A stretch of DNA of 64,000 nt from Antedon mediterranea (lineage: Eukaryota; Animalia; Echinodermata), in assembly GCF_964355755.1 (NCBI RefSeq), contig NC_092672.1:33114437-33178436 (forward strand), in the 5' to 3' direction. Positions 1-13,514 of the stretch are shown one piece after another. The notes under the pieces are model-generated. The model searched no databases. It was not told where the DNA came from and saw only the letters and a list, made by a program, of their open reading frames with translations. Each line of letters begins with the position of its first letter. Position 1 is the first letter of the stretch. The translations under genes were made by a program, and so were the position numbers.

Positions 1-327
1 GCGTCGCAAAAATTTGTAGATTGTAGAAGAAATGATCAGCTCCTCATAAACGGATTTATTCTATGCTTTAGTAAAAGATTCTGCACATAAGGCTGTTGAG
101 AAAATGTTTGTTTTATTTTATTAGTACATCATAGGTTAGACCTATAATAACCAAGGCTGTCAAACACGGATGTTATAAAAATAATGTATTATTCGTTATT
201 TTTTGCTATAATAAAGAGTATACACTGGTCGGATTAGATTTTTTATATAATAAAAGTTCTTTGAGAAAACTATTTTGTTTTGTATCGTTTCCAAAATTTA
301 GTCGTTGGATTTTTCTTTTCATTCAAA

Positions 328-890
328 CTACTCGCCTCCAAGAGCCCACTCAGATCCGTTGTTTGCATCCCTTTCCCTTTTAAAAATTTACGATATAAAT
401 TGCCTTCAACAATGTATTTTCGTATACTCTTGGTTAAATTCCCTAATCCCGGCTCAATTTCAACCCCTGTTCAAATTCAATTTCAACTATCATAGTCATA
501 ACACAAGAACCTCAAATAAAATACATATTCCATTACACAAAACACTATCTTTCAAACATAACATTCAGTTTTCAGGGCCAAAATATTGGAACAACTTACC
601 CAAATACATAACCAAATCGCCAACAAAAAAACATTTCACTTTTAAGCTAAAAAGGCATCTATTATCCACAAATAATCACTGAATTCTAAATAATATTAAT
701 TCAAATTTCTTTGATATTTTCAATCGGTTACTTTTGTTTTACTTTGGTTTTTTTAATGATTTTTTGATATTTTTTATTTTTTGGCAGCCCACCACAAGTT
801 TACACTTTCTGGGGTTCGCCTCTCTTATTTAAAATTGTTTTTTTACAAACACTGTTAATAGAAAAGAGAAGAGAAATAAATGTTCTGAAT
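328..890 (+). mobile_element. 3' fragment of a CR1/L2-group LINE (RT C-terminus + 3' UTR)
   Basis: ORF 305-682 (HSDPLFASLSLLKIYDINCLQQC...FSGPKYWNNLP) aligns by eye with the C-terminus of the LINE ORF2 at 37706-40738; duplicated at ~8020-8890. Confidence 0.8.
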
Positions 891-2502
891 ATAAAGATGT
901 ATTGTCCCACTGAAAAAAATAATTATTTAATTTTTTGTTGTTGAATATCCCATTTTAATGTCACATAATAGTTATCCACTTTGACCAATAATTAGATTGA
1001 AAAAAATGCATTTACCGGCAAAAACTGCAAAAAAAATAGTCAAATTGGCTGCAATGGATTTTTAGTTGAATTTAACCAATTTTGTCATTTTATAAGGGAA
1101 AACATTATTTGTTTTTTTTTCTACGGAAGTGATGAACTTGATTAAGACTACAAAATAACCTATTCAAAGTCTGAATTAACTAATCTTCATTTTTTCATGT
1201 TTTTAGGGGACAACATATAATTAAACCCGTATTTATTTTGGTTAAAACAGTGGATCGGCGGACCGTAATGTACATGTGATACCACTTATACTTGGTACAT
1301 CGCCATACACGTTCAGAATATACTACACATTGACCCTTGTTATCTTATTTAATAAGTCTATAGACATAAAGCGGTAGGCCTGTGCCGTGTACAGTGGTAA
1401 CCTACCAGATTCACTCACCTGATAATTTAATTATATATAACAACAAGCAACAGGATTACTCCTCTTCCCCAATCTCTAGCACATTATGCATAACCATTAG
1501 ATATTATTTTCCCATTACCTATTAATTATAAAGCGTCTAATGTTGTGAAACCTTCATGTGCTGTATTATTATCACCCCGGTCATTTTTGATCAATCGCGT
1601 ATGAATACGTTATGCTTTGACCTAAGGTACCCATTTGTACACCTGGGTGGAGAGAGGCAAACGTAACAAAATTGTGGGTTATGGAGGGGATAATACAAAA
1701 TAGAAATCATGATCGATGATTATTGCAACAAATTAATATTCATCAATTTTAACACATGGTTTTGATTGGTTGTTGTAGTAGTTTGTGATTAGTCATTTAT
1801 CAGGGAGTTAATGAGATTTAAAAAAAAACCAGCCGTTGGTATTTCTGCATTCTTGGTTCACATCGTGCGACGCTGGTAGCCCTACTCAAGGATCTTGGTA
1901 AATTAAACAAAACAATTGAAGGTAGGTGATAGGTGATACGTAGTCAAAATTGTATTTAGTATCGAAAATCCAACAAGAATTGTTACCACTGAAAACCATG
2001 TTCTTGGCGAAATGTCCACTATCAAAATTCAATACGGACATATACCAACCAGGTATTACATAACCCTGGTCAGAGTACTATTTACCATCAACTACAATCT
2101 AAACAACTGTTCAGGGACTGTCACTACTGTTGGGCCTTGACATAGAAACTCGAATTTGAACACTTTTAAGCCACTCCTGAAAGTGCTATGTGCAATCGGT
2201 GGAATGGCGCTTTAAAAATGGAAAGATTGTTGATAGATAGATTGTAGGCCTAATATAGATAATAGTTTGAATTTACAGATTTCTGATGTTATAACGTAGG
2301 TTAAAAATAACGTTCATACTGGACCAAACCATTTTATTTGTAGGATACTGATTTTAAGCACCCGCTGTCTTACTGTGACATTGGCGCTCCTCACTGTACT
2401 GCTGATTCTAGATATATATTCTGAGAGTAGTTTGAATTTACAGATTACTGACGTAATAAATAACGTTTTACAGAACTAAACCGTATTTTTTTTTGTAGAA
2501 TA

Positions 2503-3428
2503 ATGAATGCCGTACTGGTTTTAAGTGCATGCCTGTCCGTGGCATTAGCGCTTCCCACTGGACCCCCAACTACTGCTTGTCCAAATATGATCCCTCAACA
2601 TGGTCCTTCCACCGTATCAGGAGAACCTCCATATGAGGTCACTAAAAACGACATACAGCAAAGGAGCTTCGGTGCAAGGTAAGCAAACGAAGAAGGAAAT
2701 GACGCAATAATTGAAGCGCGCGTACAGAGAAACGCTTACTACGTATACTAATCTTAAACAACAAATTCATGAACTTCAAAATTAAACCAACAAAAAAGGA
2801 CTAACAATAAAAGTAGGCCTACCAAACCGGTTTTGTAAAGATGCGAACTTGGAATTGAAATACCGTCAAGTCAACATTGATAACAAACTTTTCTATATAA
2901 TTTTTATTCCTAAAAGTCACCGTTGGAACATCTTTTCGAGGCTTCTTTGTCCAAGCCAGAGAGTGAACGATGCTGATTTTGCAACTAATCCAGCTTTAGG
3001 AATGTTCTCAGATTACCCAGAGCAAACAGGTGGCGTGGAATGTGCTGCTGACAATTGCTAACGTAAGAACGTCTTATTTTTACCGAGAGCAAAATACTGG
3101 GTTAATATTACTAGTGGAAACTAAATGTAAATTCAGCTAAGAACAGAATTCCGCTAATTAGCCTACAGAATTTCGCTAAGAACAGAATTCCGCTAAGCGA
3201 AATTTCCACTCAATTAAGATTGGCCCTAATTCCACTGGCGTAGAAATCGATACCAATTCCAATTCTTGGCTAATTGGTGCAAATTCTATCCAATAAAAAC
3301 AATATAATATTCTGTCCAATTATGTAACCTCATAAAAACGTCTTAGGTCTTTCTTTTTAATTGAATTAGGAATTCTGTATAATATCAATATACAATACTA
3401 TTGCAAACTATCATTTCTATAGAGTGCA
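2503..3428 (+). pseudogene. Reeler-domain gene copy A, frameshifted and 3'-truncated
   Basis: First coding exon 2503-2678 is 176 nt versus 181 nt in intact copy E; exon 2 has a 12-nt deletion and a 1-nt insertion; exon 3 breaks off after ag|agtgca at ~3428; exons 4-5 absent. Confidence 0.85.
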
Positions 3429-3529
3429 CTACTTTAATGGGCCTATAAATAAACATCTCGATATAAGTGCACTACGTCATTTTTCTAGTTTTCTCCGTGC
3501 CTAGTTATTGGTATGATTATGCAGACAAT

Positions 3530-3801
3530 TAATAATAATAATAATAATATCCTGGATTTATATAGCGCCTAATGTTGTGAAACCTCTAAGCGCTGAACAA
3601 CATTATTACCATAGTCATTTTTTTCCTGATCAAACACGTATGGAAACGTACTCCCATAATGCAGCTAGTATAGTAATCAGAGCAAAGTTGTGTCTTGATC
3701 TAACCGGGTTCCCATTTATACCCCTGGGTGGAGAGAGGCTTGGATTTGAACCTCGAACTCACGATCAGTAGTCGAACGTCCAACACACTGCGCCACACGC
3801 C
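3530..3801 (-). mobile_element. tRNA-derived SINE with conserved central core and (TAT)n tail
   Basis: Minus strand: tRNA-like head (ggcgtgtggcgcagtg...ggttc[a/g]aatcc), core cctctctccacccaggtgtataaatggg, tail gcgctatataaat+(tat)n. Other copies at ~11543-11827, ~18944-19170, ~26061-26362; partial at ~1530-1670 and ~9545-9690. Confidence 0.8.
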
Positions 3802-5426
3802 TTTACTCGATTACAATTACAAATAAAATCCATGAATAATATTGTGCCACTTATAGAAGTGATGATCATAATACATGAAATAATAATTTCAATCCAATGT
3901 TAACACACGGGTTTTGATTGGTTGTTGTAATTGTATTATTATGGTTATTCATTCATCAGGGAGTTGGTGAGATTACACCAACCGTTGGTACTTTTTCTAT
4001 TCCTGGTTCACACTGTGCGGCGTTAGTACACGTTCAAAGGATCTTTAAACTAATTTATAGTAAAAAAAACAATTAACAAGGTAAGTGATAATTAGTGTAT
4101 TGTAGTATTAAAAATACAGCCAACTTTGTTACCATTTTAGTTTACTGGACGATTTGGCGTTATACGCAACACCGTAGAATGTATGTACATCAATCAGTAG
4201 GCCTAGGCGAAAGGACAATCCGGCGAAAGGACAATCCGGCGAAAATGTCTTCATACTTTTTTAGTACGGATGTGAATTTTGTATTTGTGTACACTTAATT
4301 CTATATTAGGCTAGGCAATTAAGTAACCATAAAAAACCTGTTTTCTTAAAATGGTATTGTTATATTAAAAATTCAACCAGGTTTGTTATTCCTGTTTATG
4401 CCAACGCCTTAAAATTATGTACATAAGTGAGATAGGCGAATGTTTCTTATTTATCTTTATTTATTCATTCATTTAGCATCCATTTAACAATACATTTAAA
4501 ATACATAACAAAGAAAAAATACAAACAATTGGAATATTAAAATTGAATAAAACCAAAGTGATTGAATTGAATAACATTATAGCAAGGAAGTGAATTTTGT
4601 ATTTGTGTGTCTACTTTATTAGGCTTGGCAATTAGTAATCATCAACAAGTTTTACTCAAAATTCTATTGAAATCCAACCAAGTTTAATACTACTCTGAGA
4701 TGTGTTTTATATTATTTGTGTTTTATTATTTTATTTTTATCCGAAACGCCACGACATAGAATATCTCTACACACAGTTTATGCGGAAGGTCCGCTCATAA
4801 AATGTTAGTACCACCGAAGTGAATTTTGTATTTAGTGTACACTCCATTTCACATCAGAAGTGTGCTGGTGGTATATGTGCACACACTTTGCATTAGCCTA
4901 TTAAGTGTGCTGGTATAATAAAGTATATAGAGCCTTTTGTTTAAAATTACTATTCATTGCAATTTAAAGTATTTGTATTTGCAAATTTCTACCAATAAGC
5001 CGTATAGGCCTACAACAAAATTTCTTTAGGCAAATATAGTATATTTTGCATGGCGGTTTGCATTACTCCTGTATATATTTTATTGAATTTTGTTAAACTC
5101 CCTCCTCTGATTTTCGAGTCGCCTCTATTAAAAAAATGATCAACTTTGTTGTATTAAATGGTTTTCTTAAAGTTGTTCATGTTTTAACGACGAGTCTGTG
5201 TCAGATATTTAAAAATGGTAGCATAAATAAAATGTCGATGACATAATACAGTATTTTAGCGCCCTCCGAACTCCCCTGAAATTGGTTGACGCTTAACATA
5301 ATATATTTTTATTTTGTCTAATTTTCTTTCAATTGAACTGTATGGCAAGGAAAATGAATTCACAATTATATATCTGGACACTTTTACTTAAAACTGTACA
5401 GATTGTGAAATTGTGTTTATAGAAGA

Positions 5427-7342
5427 ATGAATGCCGTACTGATCTTAAGCGCATGTCTGTTGTCCGTGGCATTGACGCTTCCCACTGGACCCCCAGAAAG
5501 TGCTTGTAACGATATGATTCCCCAACATGGAGACGCGACTGTGTCAGGAGAACCTCCATATGCGGTCACCATTGGTTCAATGAAGTACGCCACAGGATCT
5601 CCTGTTCAAGGTAGGCCTAAGAATGTCTCCAATCTTAAAACAAAATGTTACACTTGCTTTTCTTGGAGAGCTATCAAACATACTGGCCAAAAAGAAAAAC
5701 ACAAACTCACTTTTTTTATTCTTATAAACAGTCACCGTTGCAACTACAAATGGAACATCTTTCCGAGGCTTCTTTGTTCAAGCCAGAGTGAACGATGCTG
5801 ACTTTGTAACTAATCCAGCTTTAGGAATGTTCTCAGATTACCCAGAGCTGACAGGTGGAGTAGAGTGTACTGCTGACAATGCTAACGTAAGAATGTCTTA
5901 TTTTTACCGAGAGAAAAATACTGGGTTAATATTACTAGTGGAAACTAGACACTAAGATTGTCTAGAATCCCGCTTGAAACCGAATTAATTCAGGCTTCCG
6001 TTTGGCACCAAATTCCGCTTGGGACAGAATTCCGCTTTAAATAGAATTCCGCTTGAAACAGAATTCCGCTTACAACCGAATTCCCGTTTGGAACCGAATT
6101 CCGCTTGAATCGGAATTCCGTTTAAAAAAAATTCCGCTTGGGACAGAATTCCTATTGAATTAGAATTTAACTTGAAACAAAATTCTGCATGGAAACATAA
6201 CTTCGGTAATTATGCGTTGTTCATGCTCAGAATTAATTTAGTCTTTTTGTTCTTTCATCTGTGTCTCTTTAAGTTTAATCTCTATTATCGAGCTAAATAC
6301 ATTTTTTTATAGAGTGCATGGGGACATAAAGATAATAATGACAAAATGAGTGTCGTGGCTACTTGGACATACGACGGACCGTGTGAAGATGTCAGTGACT
6401 TAGCCTTTAGGTAAGGTAATTATTTTTTAAACATCCAAACACAATAGAAGGGCGCGCCTGTTACTGTTACTTATTAGCCATTTTAACACTGTAGGCAAAT
6501 GGCATATTTATATAATTACACAATAAGGTGTCACATCACACAGATGTTTTTTTACCAGCTAATAACATAGTATCATCATACTATATCTTCTGAAATTGTC
6601 AATGAATCTGGATTTTTGATCTGGCCTTGGTTACAGACAATGAGTTTCCTCATATCATCGCGTTGGTTATTCATCCGGAAACCATTGTATTGTAGTCGAA
6701 TAATCGAAATTGAACTGGTATGATGTCGGATATATATATCCAGTCTGATTCCTTTACTTTCTCAATCCAGCCAAGATTAGTACATTTGACCAATCCCAAG
6801 CGACAGATTATCCCAACTTTATTTTCTTTACGCGATCTTCACTGCTTAGTGAGAAGATAAGAACTAAGCGCAAAGACACAAACAATGTTAGTTGTCTATT
6901 GACACGACAACAATTAATACTTTTGAAATCATGTCGGGTAGCCTTATGAATAGCCTAATTTGTTTTATTGTAATTCAGAGTGACTGTAGTTCAAGGTGAT
7001 CCTGCAACAAGATTTTACACGGACATCGTCTCCAACAATCTAATGTTTGATGCCGAGATGTGCGACACCGGAGCAGCTAGTAAATTTATAGTTACAATTA
7101 AACATGTTTTCTCCCTAATAAACTTCACTATTTACTATAAATTTCTATCTAATAAAATATCTTGTATTAGCTCCCTACATCCTGGGTAATCGGAATCTTT
7201 TATTTATTGTTTCACGTGTCACTGCGAACTGTGTTTTAGGTGTATGTTAACTACTTTAACATTTTTGTATTTTTCAGGTTACGTCATATCATCAATCTTT
7301 ACAGTTATCACCAGTATCATGGTAGCTGTTCTTGCTTATTAG
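5427..7342 (+). CDS. Reeler-domain (defense-protein-like) secreted, probably GPI-anchored protein, copy B, 200 aa
   Basis: Exons 5427-5610, 5732-5886, 6313-6410, 6979-7079, 7278-7342, all GT-AG and in frame (603 nt). Signal peptide, G-P-AC-xM-PxHG, FRGFFVQAR, G-F, C, AWGH-x4-K, W-T reeler motifs; ends GAAS-YVISSIFTVITSIMVAVLAY. Confidence 0.9.
5965..6190. repeat. ~20-21 bp GAATTCCGCT minisatellite in reeler intron 2
   Basis: Tandem acagaattccgctt variants; related arrays at ~3139-3205, ~11163-11230, ~14795-15020 and ~20645-20810. Confidence 0.85.
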
Positions 7343-8125
7343 ATTCTTGTAACTTTATAATCACACACAGTTTATAGAAAATATTTTATAGAAGAATATA
7401 AAACAAAATGAAAGCAATGTTTTAGTAAGAAAAGAATGATCCATTGACTACCGAACGTACGAGGGCGTTCTTTTCTATATTTCTTTGTAAGCACGCGCGC
7501 GTCATCTTGGAAATGTTGCTGTATTTGATAATGCTGGACATACATGCCTACACCATACATACAGAGACCAAGCACTACTTCTAAAAAGCAGGGTACAACC
7601 AATTCATGTATTCAGTGCAATTTATGCATTCATCGTTTAATTATAATTTTTCACAATAACTCGTCTTCTGCGAGCAACATACTGGTCACGTGGCGTCGCA
7701 AAAATTTGTAGATTGTAGAAGAAATGATCAGCTCCTTATAAACGGATTTATTCTATGCTTTAGTAAAAGATTCTGCACATAAGGCTTTTGAGAAAATGTT
7801 TGTTTTATTTTATTAGTACATCATAGGTTAGACCTATAATAACCAAGGCTGTCAAACACGGATGTTATAAAAATAATGTGTTATTCGTTATTTTTTGCTA
7901 TAATAAAGAGTATACACTGGTCGGATTAGATTTTTTATATAATAAAAGTTCTTTGAGAAAACTATTTTGTTTTGTATCGTTTCCAAAATTTAGTCGTTGG
8001 ATTTTTCTTTTCATTCAAACTCGCCTCCAAGAGCCCACTCAGATCCGTTGTTTGCATCCCTTTCCCTTTTAAAAATTTACGATATAAATTGCCTTCAACA
8101 ATGTATTTTCGTATACTCTTGGTTA

Positions 8126-8434
8126 GTTAGGAGTGGAGCTGTGTCTTGGTGGTTATGATGCTTGGCTCCCAATCTAAGGGTCCTGGGTTTAAGTCCTGTC
8201 ATATGTCAGGGTTTTTTTCTCATGACAATTTACAACTCCACTCCCAAAGACTTAATAATAATAAGTCTTTGTTTATGTAGAGCATCTTGTGTATATGTTT
8301 GTCTTATATGTTCTAGTGCAGTATATGGAGAGCCTTTTCGATAGTGCTTTGCACTCATGGCAATCCTCAGGGTGCTGCACCGCTGTATTGTCATGTATAC
8401 CTGAAAATTGAATAAAGAAAAAAAAAATAATAAA
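8126..8434 (+). mobile_element. tRNA-headed SINE inserted into the LINE fragment of unit 2
   Basis: Absent at the paralogous site (~432); A/B-box-like head (ggtggttatgatg...gggtttaagtcc), A-rich tail, gtta duplicated at the flanks; related copy at ~56241-56480. Confidence 0.8.
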
Positions 8435-8892
8435 GTTAAATTCCCTAATCCCGCTCAATTTCAACCCCTGTTCAAATTCAATTTCAACTATCATAGTCAT
8501 AACACAAGAACCTCAAATAAAATACATATTCCATTACACAAAACACTATCTTTCAAACATAACATTCAGTTTTCAGGGCCAAAATATTGGAACAACTTAC
8601 CCAAATACATAACCAAATCGCCAACAAAAAAACATTTCACTTTTAAGTTAAAAAGGCATCTATTATCCACATATAATCACTGAATTCTAAATAATATTAA
8701 TTCAAATTTCTTTGATATTTTCAATCGGTTACTTTTGTTTACTTTGGTTTTTTTTAATTATTTTTTGATATTTTTTATTTTTTGGCAGCCCACCACAAGT
8801 TTACACTTTCTGGGGTTCGCCTCTCTTATTTAAAATTGTTTTTTTACAAACACTGTTAATAGAAAAGAGAAGAGAAATAAATGTTCTGAATA

Positions 8893-9224
8893 TAAAGGTG
8901 TATTGTCCCACTGAAAAAAATAATTATTTAATTTTTTTTTGTTGAATATCCCATTTTAATGTCACATAATAGTTATCCACTTTGACCAATAATTAGATTG
9001 AAAAAAATGCATTTACCTGCAAAAACTGCAAAAAAATAGTCAAATTGGCTGCAATGGATTTTTAGTTGAATTTAACCAATTTTGTCATTTTATAAGGGAA
9101 AACATTATTTGTTTTTTTTTCTACGGAAGTGATGAACTTGATTAAGACTACAAAATAACCTATTCAAAGTCTGAATTAACTAATCTTCATTTTTTCATGT
9201 TTTTGGGGGACAATACATCTTTAA
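8893..9224. mobile_element. Non-autonomous DNA transposon, Kolobok-like termini
   Basis: Inverted ends aaaggtgtattgtccc...gggacaatacatcttt next to (T)TAA; copy at ~893-1215; deletion derivative flanked by TTAA at 17201-17285. Confidence 0.6.
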
Positions 9225-10525
9225 ACAACATATAATTAAACCCGTATTTATTTTGGTTAAAACAGTGGATCGGCGGACCGTAATGTACATGTGATACCAC
9301 TTATACTTGGTACATCGCCGTACACGTTCAGAATATACTACACATTGACTCTTGTTATCTTATTTAATAAGTCTATAGACATAAAGCGGTGGGCCTGTGC
9401 CGTGTACAGTGGTAACCTACCAGGTTCACTCACCTGATAATTTAATTATATATAACAACAAGCAACAGGATTACTCCTCTTCCCCAATCTCTAGCACATT
9501 ATGCATAACCATTAGATATTATTTTCCCATTATCTATTAATTATAAAGCGTCTAATGTTGTGAAACCTTCATGTGCTGTATATTATTATCACCCCGGTCA
9601 TTTTTTATCAATCGCGTATGAATACGTTATGCTTTGACCTAAGGTACCCATTTGTACACCTGGGTGGAGAGAGGCAAACGTAACAAATTTGTGGGTTATG
9701 GAGGGGATAATACAAAATAGAAATCATGATCGATGATTATTGCAACAAATTAATATTCATCAATTTTAACACATGGTTTTGATTGGTTGTTTGTATTGTA
9801 GTAGTTTGTGATTAGTCATTTATCAGGGAGTTAATGAGATTAAAAAAAAAACCAGCCGTTGGTATTTCTGCATTCTTGGTTCACATCGTGCGACGCTGGT
9901 AGCCCTACTCAAGGATCTTGGTAAATTAAACAAAACAATTGAAGGTAGGTGATAGGTGATACGTAGTCAAAATTGTATTTAGTATCGAAAATCCAACAAG
10001 AATTGTTACCACTGAAAACCATGTTCTTGGCGAAATGTCCACTATCAAAATTCAATACGGACATATACCAACCAGGTATTACATAACCCTGGTCAGAGTA
10101 CTATTTACCATCAACTACAATCTAAACAACTGTTCAGGGACTGTCACTACTGTTGGGCCTTGACATAGAAACTCGAATTTGAACACTTTTAAGCCACTCC
10201 TGAAAGTGCTATGTGCAATCGGTGGAATGGCGCTTTAAAAATGGAAAGATTGTTGATAGATAGATTGTAGGCCTAATATAGATAATAGTTTGAATTTACA
10301 GATTTCTGATGTTATAACGTAGGTTAAAAATAACGTTCATACTGGACCAAACCATTTTATTTGTAGGATACTGATTTTAAGCGCCCGCTGTCTTACTGTG
10401 ACATTGGCGCTCCTCACTGTACTGCTGATTCTAGACATATATTCTGAGAGTAGTTTGAATTTACAGATTACTGACGTAATAAATAACGTTTTACAGAACT
10501 AAACCGTATTTTTTTTTGTAGAATA

Positions 10526-11440
10526 ATGAATGCCGTACTGGTTTTAAGTGCATGCCTGTCCGTGGCACTAGCGCTTCCCACTGGACCCTACTACTGCTTG
10601 TCCAAATATGATCCCTCAACATGGTCCCTCCACAGTATCAGGAGAACCTTCATATGAGGTCATTATTGGTAAAACGACATACAGCAAAGGAGCTTCGGTA
10701 CAAGGTAAGCAAACGAAAAAGGAAATGACGCAATAATTGAAGCGCGCGTACAAAAACGCTTACTACGTATACTAATCTTAAACAACAAATTCATGAACTT
10801 CAAAATTAAACCAACCAAAAGGACTAACAATAAAAGTAGGCCTACCAAATCGGTTTTGTAAAGATGCGAACTTGAACTTGGAATTGAAATACCGTCAAGT
10901 CACCATTGATAACAAACTTTTCTATATAATTTTTATTCCTAACAGTCACCGTTGGAACATCTTTTCGAGGCTTCTTTGTCCAAGCCAGAGAGTGAACGAT
11001 GCTGATTTTGCAACTAATCCAGCTTTAGGAATGTTCTCAGATTACCCAGAGCAAACAGGTGGCGTGGAATGTGCTGCTGACAATGCTAACGTAAGAACGT
11101 CTTATTTTTACCGAGAGCAAAATACTGGGTTAATATTACTAGTGGAAACTAAATGTAAATTCAGCTAAGAACAGAATTCCGCTAATTACAGAATTTCGCT
11201 AAGAACAGAATTCCGCTAAGCGAAATTTCCACTCAATTAAGATTGGCCTAAATTCCACTGGCGTAGAAATCGATACCAATTCTAGGCTAATTTGTACAAA
11301 TTCTATCCAATCAATAGAATATTCTGTCCAATTATGTTACCTCATAACAACGTCTTAGGTGTTTCATTTTAATTGAATTAAGAATTCTGTATAATATCAA
11401 TATACAATACTATTGCAAACTATCATTTCTATAGCGTGCA
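10526..11440 (+). pseudogene. Reeler-domain gene copy C, frameshifted and 3'-truncated
   Basis: Exon 10526-10704 is 179 nt (2-nt deletion); exon 2 10946-11090 carries the same 12-nt deletion as copy A; exon 3 breaks off at ~11440. Confidence 0.85.
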
Positions 11441-11539
11441 CTACTTTATTGGGCCTATAAATAACCATCTCGACATAAGCGCACTACATCATTTTTCTAG
11501 TTTTCTCCGTGCCTAGTTATTGGTATGATTATGCAGACA

Positions 11540-11570
<31 letters not shown>

Positions 11571-13514
11571 TCCTGGATTTATATAGCGCCTAATGTTGTG
11601 AAACCTCTAAGCGCTGAACATTATTACCCTATAGTCCCCATTTTTTCCTGATCAAACACGTATGGAAACATACTCCCATAATCTCGCAGCTAGTATAGTA
11701 ATCAGCGCAAAGTTGTGTCTTGATCTAACCGGGTTCCCATTTATACACCTGGGTGGAGAGAGGCTTGGATTCGAACCTCGATCTCACGATCAGTAGTCGA
11801 ACGTCCAACACACTGCGCCACACGCCTTTACTCGATTACAATTACAAATAAAATCCGTGACTAATATTGTGCCACTTATAGAAGTGATGATCATAATAAA
11901 TGCAATAATAATTTCAATACAATGTTAACACACTGGTTTTGATTGGTTGTTGTAGTTGGTTTATGGTTATTCATTCATCAGGGAGTTGGTGAGATTACAC
12001 CAACCGTTGGTACTTTTTCTATTCCTGGTTCACACTGTGCAGCGTTAGTACACGTTCACAGGATCTTTAAACTAATTTATAGTAAAAAAAAACAATTAAC
12101 AAGGTAAGTGATAATTAGTGTATTGTAGTATTAAAAATACAGCCAACTTTGTTACCATTTTAGTTTACTGGACGATTTGGCGTATACGCAACACCGTAGA
12201 ATGTATGTACATCAATCAGTAGGCCTAGATATAGGCGAAAGGACAATCCGGCGAAAGGACAATCCGGCGAAAGGACAATCCGGCGAAAATGTCTTCATAC
12301 TTTTTTAGTACGGATGTGAATTTTGTATTTGTGTATACTTAATTCTATATTAGGCTAGGCAATTAAGTTACCATAAACAAGCTGTTTTCTTAAAATGGTA
12401 TTGTTATATTAAAAATTCAACCAGGTTTTTTATGCCCGTTTATGCCAACGCCCTAAAATTATGTACATAAGTGAGATAGGCGAATGGTCCTTATTTATCT
12501 TTATTTATTTATTCATTTAGCATCCATTTAACAATAAATTTAAAATACATAACAAAGAAAAAATACAAACAATTGGAATATTAAAATTGAATAAAACCAA
12601 AGTGATTGAATTGAATAAAACCAAGTCATAACATTATAGCAAGGAAGTGAATTTTGTATTTGTGTGTCTACTTTATTAGGCTTGGCAATTAGTAATCATC
12701 AACAAGTTTTACTCAAAATTCTATTGAAAATCCAACCAATGTTAATACTACTCTGAGATGTGTTTTATATTATTTGTGTTTTATAATTTTATTTTTATCC
12801 GAAACGCCACGACATAGAATATCTCTACACACAGTTTATGCGGAAGGTCCGCTCATAAAATGTTAGTACCACCAATGTGAATTTTGTATTTAGTGTACAC
12901 TCCATTTCACATCAGAAGCGTGCTGGTGGTATATGTACACACACTTTGCATTAGCCTATTAAGTGTGCTGGTATAATAAAGTATATAGAGCCTTTTGTTT
13001 AAAATTACTATTCATTGCAATTTAAAGTATTTGTATTTGCAAATTTCTACCAATAAGCCGTATAGGCCTACAACAAAATTTCTTTAGGCAAATATAGTAT
13101 ATTTGCATGACGGGTTGCATTATTCCTGTATATATTTTATTGAATAGGCCAAAAATATGTATGTTAAACTCCCTCCTCTGATTTTCGAGTCGTCTCTATT
13201 AAAAAAATGATCAACTTTGTTGTATTAAATGGTTTTCTTAAAGTTGTTCATGTTTTAACGAGTCGGTGTCAGATATTTCAAAATGGTAGCATAAATAAAA
13301 TGTTGATGACATAATACAGTATTTTAGCGCCCTCCGAACTCCCCTGAAATTGGTTGACACTTAACATAATATATTTTTATTTTGTCTAATTTTCTTTCAA
13401 TTGAACTGTATGGCAAGGAAAATGAATTCACAATTATATATCTGGACACTTTTACTTAAAACTTGAATTTACAGATTGTGACGTAATTACGTTTGAAATT
13501 GTGTTTATAGAAAA

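Noticed and set aside
5611-5801. C-terminal parts of ORF-track reeler translations (also 7080-7189, 13696-13802, 20202-20233)
   Set aside because: Intron read-through; the spliced models give a coherent protein.
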